A DNA stretch of 64,000 nt from Flavobacteriaceae bacterium. Its GTDB lineage: Bacteria > Bacteroidota > Bacteroidia > Flavobacteriales > Flavobacteriaceae. The notes beneath the pieces were generated by a model. The model was not told where the DNA came from and did no database searches. It worked only from the letters and a program-made list of their open reading frames with translations. Of this stretch, positions 1 to 7,832 are shown one piece after another; position 1 is the first letter of the stretch; every line of letters starts with the position of its first letter. The translations under genes and the position numbers were made by a program. The stretch lies in NCBI GenBank assembly GCA_029238125.1, contig JAQWGQ010000018.1:15252-79251 (forward strand), written 5' to 3'.

Positions 1-331
1 ACCTGCGAGATACAAGTCTAGCTTGGGATCGAGTTTGAGTTTTCCTTGTAGATAACCACCAAAAATGATATAGCCGTCATCGTCTTCATTTTTTCCATAG
101 ACATAGTTTTGGGTGTTTGCGGTTGCCGCTCTATAATCGATTCCCGTAGTCCATTCCGATTCAAAAAACCGCTCTAGGGTAAAATTGTATTGCACTTGAT
201 TTTCCAAATGCGAACGTTTTAGCGGGACAATAAGCCCAGTACGATTCAGGTAGCTTGGATTTTCGTCGGTGCCCCCATCGTTTGTGATATAATAGGATTG
301 TACAAACCATCCCTTATAATTAAATCTGCCC
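1..331 (-). pseudogene. TonB-dependent receptor beta-barrel segment, out of frame with ORF 320..1438 and running off the window
   Basis: The minus-strand frame shifted by one nt from ORF 320..1438 is open from about 425 down to base 1. It reads ...AKGRFNYKGWFVQSYYITNDGGTDENPSYLNRTGLIVPLKRSHLENQVQYNFTLERFFESEWTTGIDYRAATANTQNYVYGKNEDDDGYIIFGGYLQGKLKLDPKLDLYLAG, a barrel-strand-like alternating pattern. It is absent from the ORF track because it has no stop inside the window. Confidence 0.6.
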
Positions 332-1438
332 TTCGCCCAAGTCGTTATAAAAAATGGCATTACCGGCATTCCATCCCCCTGAAGCGACGATTTCCATACC
401 TGATTGTGGACGAAAATAAAGGGAAGTATTCAAAAGTCCAGACCAGAATTCGGGATCCTGCGTTTGGGTGGTTTTAAATAAGACTTCACCCGGGGTGCTC
501 GTGTCGATATTTCCCTCTGGGTTAAAGGTTGCTTTGCCGATATTGGTTTTAAATTTATCGAGAACTTTTTGATCGTCTGAGTCGTTGGGATCGAGGGTAA
601 AGTCTTTCCCGCTGTTGTATTTAAAATTGATTTTATAGCCAAAGTTTTCTTTTTCATTATGTCCAGCATGGCGCAGCCCGACCTTAACTATATCGCGCTC
701 GCCATAGGCGAGTTCGACAGTAGTCCCAGGATATTTGAAGGGGTTTTTCGAGATAAAGTGCACGACGCCCGAAGTAACATCTGGCCCATAAAGAGCAGAG
801 CCGGGTCCCAAGACGACTTCGACCCGTTCGATGTCTATGGCGTGTAGAGGAGAGTTTTGGGAGTCAAAATACTCTAAGCCGGGGGTAATCAGAGACCGGT
901 AGTCGAGCATTGGAAACACACTGGTCGAAAAAATACCACTCGCCCCACGCAAGGCGATATTGATCCGCTGACCAGTTTGCTGTTGTAGCTCCACGCCGGG
1001 GGAGTTGGTCAATGCTCGAAGGGGTGAAAGGGAACCACCTGAAAGGGAAACCTGCTCGGCAGTTACCACAGAAACGGCAGCGGGTGCTTCTAGAAGTTTT
1101 TCTGCTCTTCGCGATGCCGAAACAATCACTTCATCAAACCGATTTGTGGCGAGGTAAACCTGAACTGTAGCGGAAGATTGCACATACACAGTCTCAGTTG
1201 AAAAACCGACGTATGACACTTGTATTGTTTCAGGAAACGGTTCGTTTAGCGTCAAGCTAAATCGGCCATCTAGATTGGTTTGTGTACCTTGCGTAGTGCC
1301 GCTTAGCAATACAGATGCTCCGGCTAAGGGTTCGTTGTTTTCATCGAAAACAATACCGTTGATGCTTTGCTGAGAATAACCAAAAGACGCAAAAAGTAAA
1401 ACAAATAACACAAATAGATTTGTAGGAATTAATTTCAT
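320..1438 (-). CDS. TonB-dependent receptor, N-terminal part (signal peptide, CarboxypepD_reg-like domain, plug, first barrel strands)
   Basis: Signal peptide MKLIPTNLFVLFVLLFASFGYSQ. INGIVFDENNEPLAGASVLLSGTTQGTQTNLDGRFSL resembles a CarboxypepD_reg domain. Plug-like LEAPAAVSVVTAEQVSLSGGSLSPLRALTNSPGVELQQQTGQRINIALRGAS. At 372 aa it is too short for a complete receptor. Confidence 0.8.
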   Translation of the reverse strand: MKLIPTNLFVLFVLLFASFGYSQQSINGIVFDENNEPLAGASVLLSGTTQGTQTNLDGRFSLTLNEPFPETIQVSYVGFSTETVYVQSSATVQVYLATNRFDEVIVSASRRAEKLLEAPAAVSVVTAEQVSLSGGSLSPLRALTNSPGVELQQQTGQRINIALRGASGIFSTSVFPMLDYRSLITPGLEYFDSQNSPLHAIDIERVEVVLGPGSALYGPDVTSGVVHFISKNPFKYPGTTVELAYGERDIVKVGLRHAGHNEKENFGYKINFKYNSGKDFTLDPNDSDDQKVLDKFKTNIGKATFNPEGNIDTSTPGEVLFKTTQTQDPEFWSGLLNTSLYFRPQSGMEIVASGGWNAGNAIFYNDLGEGQI

Positions 1439-1494
1439 GATGTAAGATTTAGAACATTAAAGATAATATATTTTAAACAATGGACAAATTATAT

Positions 1495-1502
1495 TATATT
1501 TG
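1495..1502 (+). promoter_or_regulatory. Candidate Bacteroidota -7 box (TATATTTG) for rimP-nusA-infB
   Basis: Matches TAnnTTTG about 58 nt upstream of the rimP ATG. No clear -33 TTG was seen. Confidence 0.25.
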
Positions 1503-1524
1503 TGCCCTATTTCATCGAATTGTG

Positions 1525-1550
1525 GAAGGGGACTTGGTCCTCTTTTTTAT
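1525..1550 (+). promoter_or_regulatory. Terminator-like hairpin plus T-run in the rimP leader (possible attenuator)
   Basis: GAAGGGGAC-ttg-GTCCTCTT gives a stem of about 8 bp with one G-U pair, followed by T6 ending at 1548. It lies 10 nt upstream of the rimP ATG (1560). There is no upstream plus-strand gene for it to terminate. Confidence 0.3.
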
Positions 1551-1559
1551 TTCGCATAT

Positions 1560-2030
1560 ATGGAGTTTAAAGAAAATATACAGAAATTGTTAGCGGAGGC
1601 CTTGTCGTTACAGCCCGATTTGTTTTTGATTGATCTACACATCGACGATCAATCGAGAGTTCAGGTGGTGCTCGACGGGGACAATGGGGTTTCTTTGGAG
1701 CAATGCATCAAAGTCAGCCGTCACATCGAACATCAACTCGATCGGGAAGCACATGACTTTTCGTTGGAGGTGAGCTCGGCTGGTGCGACCCATCCGTTGC
1801 AAATGGTACGTCAATACAAAAAAAATATCGGCAGAAAACTGGCGGTACACACCACAGACAATGACAATTTTAAGGCCACGCTCACCCAGGTAGATGATGA
1901 ACAAATCACTTTGGAGTGGAAAGCCCGTGAATCCAAACCAATCGGCAAGGGAAAACACACCGTGGTCAAACAATTGCAAGTCCCCTATAATCGAATTGAA
2001 AAAGCAACCGTTCAAATCCAATTTAAGTAA
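1560..2030 (+). CDS. rimP: Ribosome maturation factor RimP
   Basis: MEFKENIQKLLAEAL...DLHIDDQSRVQVVLDGDNGVSLEQCIKVSRHIEHQLD...LEVSSAGATHPL is RimP-like. It sits immediately upstream of nusA-infB. I trimmed the start from the TTG at 1500 in the ORF track to the ATG at 1560. Confidence 0.85.
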   Translation: MEFKENIQKLLAEALSLQPDLFLIDLHIDDQSRVQVVLDGDNGVSLEQCIKVSRHIEHQLDREAHDFSLEVSSAGATHPLQMVRQYKKNIGRKLAVHTTDNDNFKATLTQVDDEQITLEWKARESKPIGKGKHTVVKQLQVPYNRIEKATVQIQFK

Positions 2031-2036
2031 TACACA

Positions 2037-3269
2037 ATGGAAAATCTCGCATTAATCGAATCGTTCTCGCAGTTTAAAGATGACAAACTAATCGACCGTG
2101 TGACCCTTATGTCCATTTTGGAAGAGGTGTTTCGCAATACACTCAAGCGTAAGTTTGGCACCGATGACAACTTTGACATTATTATCAACCCTGACAAAGG
2201 GGATTTGGAAATCTGGCGCAATCGCGTCGTGGTCGAAGATGGACAAGTTGAAGAGGAAAATGAAGAAATCGAACTGACAGAAGCACGAAAAATTGAGCCC
2301 GACTTTGAAGTTGGTGAGGATGTGTCTGAAGAAGTAAAACTTTCGGATTTGGGTCGTCGATCGATCCTTTCCCTTCGTCAAAACCTTATCGCACGAATTC
2401 ATGAGCATGACAACACGATTATTTACAAACAATTTATCGAGCTCGTCGGGGAGATTTATACCGCTGAGGTCCACCACGTGCGCAGTCGTGTTGTGATTTT
2501 GATCGATGATGATGGAAACGAAATCATCTTGCCAAAAGACCGTCAAATCCCGTCAGACTTTTTCCGCAAAGGTGATAGCGTTCGGGGTGTGATTGAAAGC
2601 GTAGAGCTCAAGGGCGCCAAGCCGAGTATTGTGATGTCGCGTACCGCGCCAAAGTTTTTGGAAAAACTATTTGAACAAGAAATCCCAGAAGTATTTGATG
2701 GCTTGATTACCGTCAAAAAAGTGGTTCGCGTCCCCGGAGAAAAAGCAAAAGTTGCCGTGGATTCTTACGACGATCGTATCGATCCTGTAGGTGCTTGTGT
2801 GGGGATGAAAGGGTCTCGAATTCATGGTATTGTCCGTGAGCTTGGGAATGAAAATATCGATGTAATTAATCATACCAACAACAACCAGTTGATGATTACG
2901 CGTGCATTGAGCCCCGCTAAAATCACCAATATGAAAATCGATGAAGAAAAGAAGGCCGTGGAAGTATTTATGGATCCTACAGAAGTTTCAAAAGCGATTG
3001 GTCGAGGTGGATTTAATATACGTTTAGCTGGTCAACTCACGGGTTATGAGATCGATGTGTACCGTGAAGGGGCAGAGGAAGATGTTGAACTTACGGAGTT
3101 TTCGGACGAAATCGAAGGATGGATTATTGAAGAATTTCGCAAGGTTGGACTTGATACGGCCAAGAGTGTTTTGGAGCAAGAGGTCGGTGATTTGGTCAAA
3201 CGAACAGACCTGGAAGAAGAAACCGTTGTCGAAGTCCGCAACATATTAAACGCAGAATTTTCGAGTTAA
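2037..3269 (+). CDS. nusA: Transcription termination/antitermination factor NusA
   Basis: 410 aa with S1 and KH-like segments (GDSVRGVIESVE, DPVGACVGMKGSRIHGIVRELGNENIDVI, KAIGRGGFNIRLAGQLTGYEIDV). Conserved rimP-nusA-infB order. Confidence 0.95.
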   Translation: MENLALIESFSQFKDDKLIDRVTLMSILEEVFRNTLKRKFGTDDNFDIIINPDKGDLEIWRNRVVVEDGQVEEENEEIELTEARKIEPDFEVGEDVSEEVKLSDLGRRSILSLRQNLIARIHEHDNTIIYKQFIELVGEIYTAEVHHVRSRVVILIDDDGNEIILPKDRQIPSDFFRKGDSVRGVIESVELKGAKPSIVMSRTAPKFLEKLFEQEIPEVFDGLITVKKVVRVPGEKAKVAVDSYDDRIDPVGACVGMKGSRIHGIVRELGNENIDVINHTNNNQLMITRALSPAKITNMKIDEEKKAVEVFMDPTEVSKAIGRGGFNIRLAGQLTGYEIDVYREGAEEDVELTEFSDEIEGWIIEEFRKVGLDTAKSVLEQEVGDLVKRTDLEEETVVEVRNILNAEFSS

Positions 3270-3307
3270 CGGATTGAAATCCCTATTTTTGAACACCAAT
3301 ATAGTAT

Positions 3308-5935
3308 ATGTCTGAAGTCAAAACCATACGAATCAATAAGGTTCTCCGCGAGTTAAACATTTCCTTAGATCGCGCAGTAGAGCAGTTGGGTGAACATGGT
3401 TTCGAGATAGAGGCGCGCCCTACGTCCAAAATTTCACAAGCGGAATACCAACTTTTGGTCGATGCTTTTCAGACCGATCGAAACAAAAAGGAAGCTTCAG
3501 AAGAGGTCAGCGAAGTAAAGCGCAAAGAAAAAGAAGCCATTCGCCAGCGTATTGAAGAAGAGCAAGAGGCAAAAACTCAAGTCGTTCAGGCGCGTACCGA
3601 ACTCAAGGGTCTCCGCCAGGTTGGAAAAATCGATTTGGAGCCAAAGGCAAAACCCAAAGAGGAAGTCAAGGATGGGAAAAGCACGGAAACTCCCAAAGCT
3701 GAACCGGCAAAAACGGAAGATCCAGTAGCAGAGACCGTAGCAAAACCTACTCCAGAAAAACCAACTGAGCAAAAGCAAGCTGAGCCAGAAAAAACAGCTA
3801 CAACAGATACAGAAAAGGTCACTACGCAGTACAAAAAGCTAACGGGGCTAAAAATTACAGGTGACAAAATTGATCTCAAAAAGTTTGAGAAAAAAGAAAC
3901 AAAGCCGAATAACGACAACAACGATCGCAAACGACGTCGCAAACGAATCACTAAGAATACGGGCCCTAGTGGAGGACAACAAAACAAACCCAAACCAAAA
4001 CGGCAAAACCAACCCACACAACAAGAGCCAAGCGATGAGGAAATCCAAAAGCAGATTCGGGAGACCTTAGAAAAGCTACAAGGGAAAACCACCAAATCAA
4101 AAGGCGCAAAATACCGACGCGAAAAAAGAGACTCACACCGTCAAAAATCCGAAGAGGATGCAGCCCAAGTTGAGGCGGAAAGCAAGTTGCTCAAGGTTAC
4201 AGAGTTTGTTACTGTCGGTGAGATTGCGACGATGATGGATATCAGCTCAACTGAAATTATTTCTGCCTGTATGACGCTGGGGATCATGGTAACCATGAAC
4301 CAGAGACTGGATGCCGAAACCTTGTCAATTGTGGCGGAGGAATTCGGATATACCGTTGAATTTCTCACCGCAGATATCGAAGAAACAATCGACGAGCCAG
4401 AGGACAACCCCGACGATTTGGTGACTCGTGCACCAATTGTAACCGTGATGGGTCATGTCGATCACGGAAAAACCTCTTTGCTTGACTACATCCGAAAAAC
4501 AAATGTAACCGCTGACGAATCGGGGGGGATTACCCAACACATCGGGGCATACAGTGTAAAACTGGAAAGTGGACAAAAAATCACCTTTTTGGATACCCCT
4601 GGTCACGAGGCATTTACCGCCATGCGTGCACGCGGAACACAAGTTACAGATTTAGTGATTATCGTTGTCGCTGCAGATGATGACATCATGCCACAGACCA
4701 AAGAAGCGATTAGCCATGCGCAGGCGGCCTCTGTGCCGATTGTGTTTGCAATCAATAAAATCGACAGCCCAAACGCAAATCCAGACAAAATCAAAGAGGG
4801 TCTATCAGCGATGAATTTACTCGTTGAAGATTGGGGCGGAAAAATTCAATCTCATGACGTTTCCGCAAAACAAGGAACAGGAATATCTGAACTCCTCGAA
4901 AAAGTAATGCTTGAAGCAGAGCTATTAGAACTCAAGGCCAACCCTTCAAAAGCTGCGCTAGGAACAGTCATCGAGGCCTTTTTAGACAAGGGTCGTGGAT
5001 ATGTGTCGACCATACTCGTACAAGCGGGTACGCTGCGAGTTGGAGATTATATTCTTGCAGGTCAACACAGTGGTAAAGTACGTGCAATGCAAGACGAGCG
5101 CGGCAAAGAAGTGTCTGAAGCAGGACCATCAACACCCGTATCCCTTCTTGGGTTGGACGGAGCACCCACTGCAGGCGACCGTTTCAATGTATTTGCTGAA
5201 GAAAAAGAAGCCAAACAAATTGCTGCCAAGCGCACCCAATTGGTGCGAGAGCAGTCGGTTCGCACCCAACGCCATATCACTTTAGATGAAATTGGCAGAC
5301 GAATTGCCTTGGGCGATTTTAAAGAACTCAATATCATATTGAAAGGAGACGTTGACGGCTCGGTTGAGGCATTGACAGACTCCTTCCAAAAACTATCTAC
5401 CGAAGAAATTCAGGTCAATATTATCCATAAAGGAGTTGGTGCCATCACGGAGTCGGATGTTTTGCTGGCTTCTGCTTCCGATGCCATAATTGTTGGCTTT
5501 AATGTGCGACCTGTTGGCACCGCCAGACAATTGGCAGAAAAGGAAGAAATTGATGTGCGGAGTTACTCCATCATCTACGATGCAATCAATGATCTCAAAG
5601 ATGCCATGGAGGGACTCTTGTCTCCTGATATGAAAGAAGAGGTTCAAGGAAATGTTGAAATCCGTGAAACCTTTAAAATTTCTCGTGTCGGTACCATCGC
5701 TGGTTGTATGGTAATGGATGGCAAAATCACACGCAATTCATTGGTGCGCATTGTGCGTGAAGGCGTTGTCGTTTACACGGGTACCCTTGCATCCCTCAAA
5801 CGATTTAAGGATGATGTGAAAGAAGTCACAAAAGGATACGATTGTGGGTTGCAGATCAAAGACTACAACGACATCAAAATCGGAGATACCATCGAGGCCT
5901 ATATCGAGATAGCTGTCAAGAAAAAACTCAAGTAA
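3308..5935 (+). CDS. infB: Translation initiation factor IF-2
   Basis: 875 aa with GTPase motifs [24 protein letters not shown] and NKID. The N-terminal region is K/E/P-rich low complexity. Confidence 0.97.
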   Translation: MSEVKTIRINKVLRELNISLDRAVEQLGEHGFEIEARPTSKISQAEYQLLVDAFQTDRNKKEASEEVSEVKRKEKEAIRQRIEEEQEAKTQVVQARTELKGLRQVGKIDLEPKAKPKEEVKDGKSTETPKAEPAKTEDPVAETVAKPTPEKPTEQKQAEPEKTATTDTEKVTTQYKKLTGLKITGDKIDLKKFEKKETKPNNDNNDRKRRRKRITKNTGPSGGQQNKPKPKRQNQPTQQEPSDEEIQKQIRETLEKLQGKTTKSKGAKYRREKRDSHRQKSEEDAAQVEAESKLLKVTEFVTVGEIATMMDISSTEIISACMTLGIMVTMNQRLDAETLSIVAEEFGYTVEFLTADIEETIDEPEDNPDDLVTRAPIVTVMGHVDHGKTSLLDYIRKTNVTADESGGITQHIGAYSVKLESGQKITFLDTPGHEAFTAMRARGTQVTDLVIIVVAADDDIMPQTKEAISHAQAASVPIVFAINKIDSPNANPDKIKEGLSAMNLLVEDWGGKIQSHDVSAKQGTGISELLEKVMLEAELLELKANPSKAALGTVIEAFLDKGRGYVSTILVQAGTLRVGDYILAGQHSGKVRAMQDERGKEVSEAGPSTPVSLLGLDGAPTAGDRFNVFAEEKEAKQIAAKRTQLVREQSVRTQRHITLDEIGRRIALGDFKELNIILKGDVDGSVEALTDSFQKLSTEEIQVNIIHKGVGAITESDVLLASASDAIIVGFNVRPVGTARQLAEKEEIDVRSYSIIYDAINDLKDAMEGLLSPDMKEEVQGNVEIRETFKISRVGTIAGCMVMDGKITRNSLVRIVREGVVVYTGTLASLKRFKDDVKEVTKGYDCGLQIKDYNDIKIGDTIEAYIEIAVKKKLK

Positions 5936-5937
5936 AC

Positions 5938-6309
5938 TTAGGGCTTTAGTAAAAAGGCCTCAGGAAATTTCACTCGTAATGTATCAAGCGTTTGGATTCC
6001 TTCAAGACGTGTTGCGAATTTGCCGACACGGATTTTGTAGTTTGGAGTTTCAAAAGAGAGTTTGGCATAACGACTTGGAAAAGCACGGGAAAAAGAGTCT
6101 AAATGGGTTTTTGCGGCTTCGTAATTCCCAGAAAAAATTTGAATGGTGTATTGGTTTTTTGCCAATCTTTTTTTGTCCAAGGACAGCTTGCGCTCGAGGA
6201 CATCGTCAAGATTTTGAGGGGTTTTAACAACCAATGCGTTGTCTTGCGCGTGAAGAGCACTCGCAAACACAAATAAAATTACAAAACAAATGGGCTTCAA
6301 ATACAACAT
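5938..6309 (-). CDS. SPOR domain-containing protein (secreted)
   Basis: Signal peptide MLYLKPICFVILFVFASALHAQ. The C-terminal YTIQIFSGNYEAAKTHLDSFSRAFPSRYAKLSFETPNYKIRVGKFATRLEG resembles a SPOR repeat. I chose the start at the internal Met (ORF track begins at 6357). Confidence 0.6.
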   Translation of the reverse strand: MLYLKPICFVILFVFASALHAQDNALVVKTPQNLDDVLERKLSLDKKRLAKNQYTIQIFSGNYEAAKTHLDSFSRAFPSRYAKLSFETPNYKIRVGKFATRLEGIQTLDTLRVKFPEAFLLKP

Positions 6310-6488
6310 AGTTTGCAAATAAAAGATTGCTGGCAAATTCCTGCAATTTTTTCTCAAAATTTGTTTAATTATCTCAAAACAAAAAGATCATAAAATATTG
6401 ATTATAAGCATTTTAAATTAATAATTTAGAATAAATATAAATTTATAATTCAAGCGGTTTTAAAGTTTTTAAAATGGGGTTTGTAACG

Positions 6489-6496
6489 TAATTTTG
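6489..6496 (+). promoter_or_regulatory. Candidate -7 box (TAATTTTG) upstream of actA
   Basis: Matches TAnnTTTG 47 nt upstream of the actA ATG, inside a 185-bp AT-rich intergenic region. No convincing -33 element. Confidence 0.2.
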
Positions 6497-6542
6497 TAAA
6501 CGTAAAAAACAAGGTATATTCCTTGACTACCAAAATCAAAAC

Positions 6543-7820
6543 ATGATCAGGTTTTTTCGCCTAAATGTTCCCCAAGTTCGCGTTCTACTTTCCCTCGTGT
6601 TGGCTGTTGCCTTCACCCTTCCAACTTACGCTCAAGAACCAGATATCGACAAAGGGAAATCCCTTTTCAACATGAACTGTGCGGCTTGTCACAAGCTCAA
6701 CAAACGTGCTGTCGGACCTGCCTTAGCGGGTGTTTCCCAGAAATATGAAAAAGAATGGCTGTATTCTTGGATCAAGAATTCCATGGCCATGGTCAAGTCT
6801 GGCGACCCGCAAGCCGTTGCGATTTATGAGGAGTACAACAAGTCTGTGATGACTGCCTTCCCGCAGTTGAGCAACGAAGACATCGACAATATCCTCGCAT
6901 ATACCGACTACACACCTCCTGCACCTGCCGTTCCAGTTGCGGTAGCTACCACAGCCGCTAGTGGTGGAGATAATGCCACCTCAGCCTTGCTGTTGGGCGT
7001 GTTGGTATTGGTACTTATCATCCTTGTGATAATGCTCTTTTTGGTGACCAAAACGCTGCGGAAAATTGCGATCGCAAACGGGGTAGCAGTCGAAAAAACC
7101 AGACCAAAACGCAAACCGCTTTGGGAAGTCTATATCAACAATTCCTTTTTGGTGTTTTGTACGGTGATTGTATTGCTTTTTTCGAGTGCTTTCTTTGCCT
7201 ACGGCTATCTAATGCAAGTGGGTATCGATCAAGGATATATGCCGGTACAGCCCATCCATTACTCTCATAAAATTCACTCTGGAGACAACGAAATTGAGTG
7301 TAAGTATTGTCACTCCTCTGCCCGTGTTTCTAAGCATTCAGGAATCCCTTCTCTAAATGTGTGTATGAACTGTCACATGAACATTGCAGAGTACAATGGA
7401 GAAGAAGATTTGGAAAAAGGATACACAAAAGAATTCTACACAAACGAAATAAAAAAGTTGTACAAAGCCGTTGGTTGGGATGAAGAAAACCAGCGTTATA
7501 CAGGTGAAACTCAACCAGTGAAATGGGTACGTATCCACAACCTACCCGACTTTGTGTACTTCAACCACGCACAGCACGTTGACGTAGCAGGTATAGAGTG
7601 CCAAAAGTGTCACGGGCCAGTAGAAGAAATGGAAATCATGTATCAGCACTCCCCGCTCACAATGGGATGGTGTATCGACTGTCACAGAGAGTCGAATGTC
7701 GATTTGGAAAATAATGAGTACTATGAGAAAATCCATGCGGAACTCTCAAAAAAATATGGTGTCGAAAAACTCACAATTGCCCAAATGGGTGGTTTGGAGT
7801 GTGGAAAGTGTCACTACTAA
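6543..7820 (+). CDS. actA: Alternative complex III subunit ActA, multihaem cytochrome c with an extra N-terminal monohaem domain
   Basis: Six CXXCH motifs (CAACH, CKYCH, CMNCH, CQKCH, CIDCH, CGKCH), a signal peptide and two internal hydrophobic helices. It is the first gene of an act-like operon. Confidence 0.85.
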   Translation: MIRFFRLNVPQVRVLLSLVLAVAFTLPTYAQEPDIDKGKSLFNMNCAACHKLNKRAVGPALAGVSQKYEKEWLYSWIKNSMAMVKSGDPQAVAIYEEYNKSVMTAFPQLSNEDIDNILAYTDYTPPAPAVPVAVATTAASGGDNATSALLLGVLVLVLIILVIMLFLVTKTLRKIAIANGVAVEKTRPKRKPLWEVYINNSFLVFCTVIVLLFSSAFFAYGYLMQVGIDQGYMPVQPIHYSHKIHSGDNEIECKYCHSSARVSKHSGIPSLNVCMNCHMNIAEYNGEEDLEKGYTKEFYTNEIKKLYKAVGWDEENQRYTGETQPVKWVRIHNLPDFVYFNHAQHVDVAGIECQKCHGPVEEMEIMYQHSPLTMGWCIDCHRESNVDLENNEYYEKIHAELSKKYGVEKLTIAQMGGLECGKCHY

Positions 7821-7832
7821 TCTAAAGCAACG

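Noticed and set aside
3497-4095. ORFs 3497..3778 and 3586..4095 (-), and the repetitive K/E/P/T-rich stretch of infB considered as a repeat element
   Set aside because: This is the usual low-complexity N-terminal region of IF-2. The antisense ORFs are frame shadows of it.
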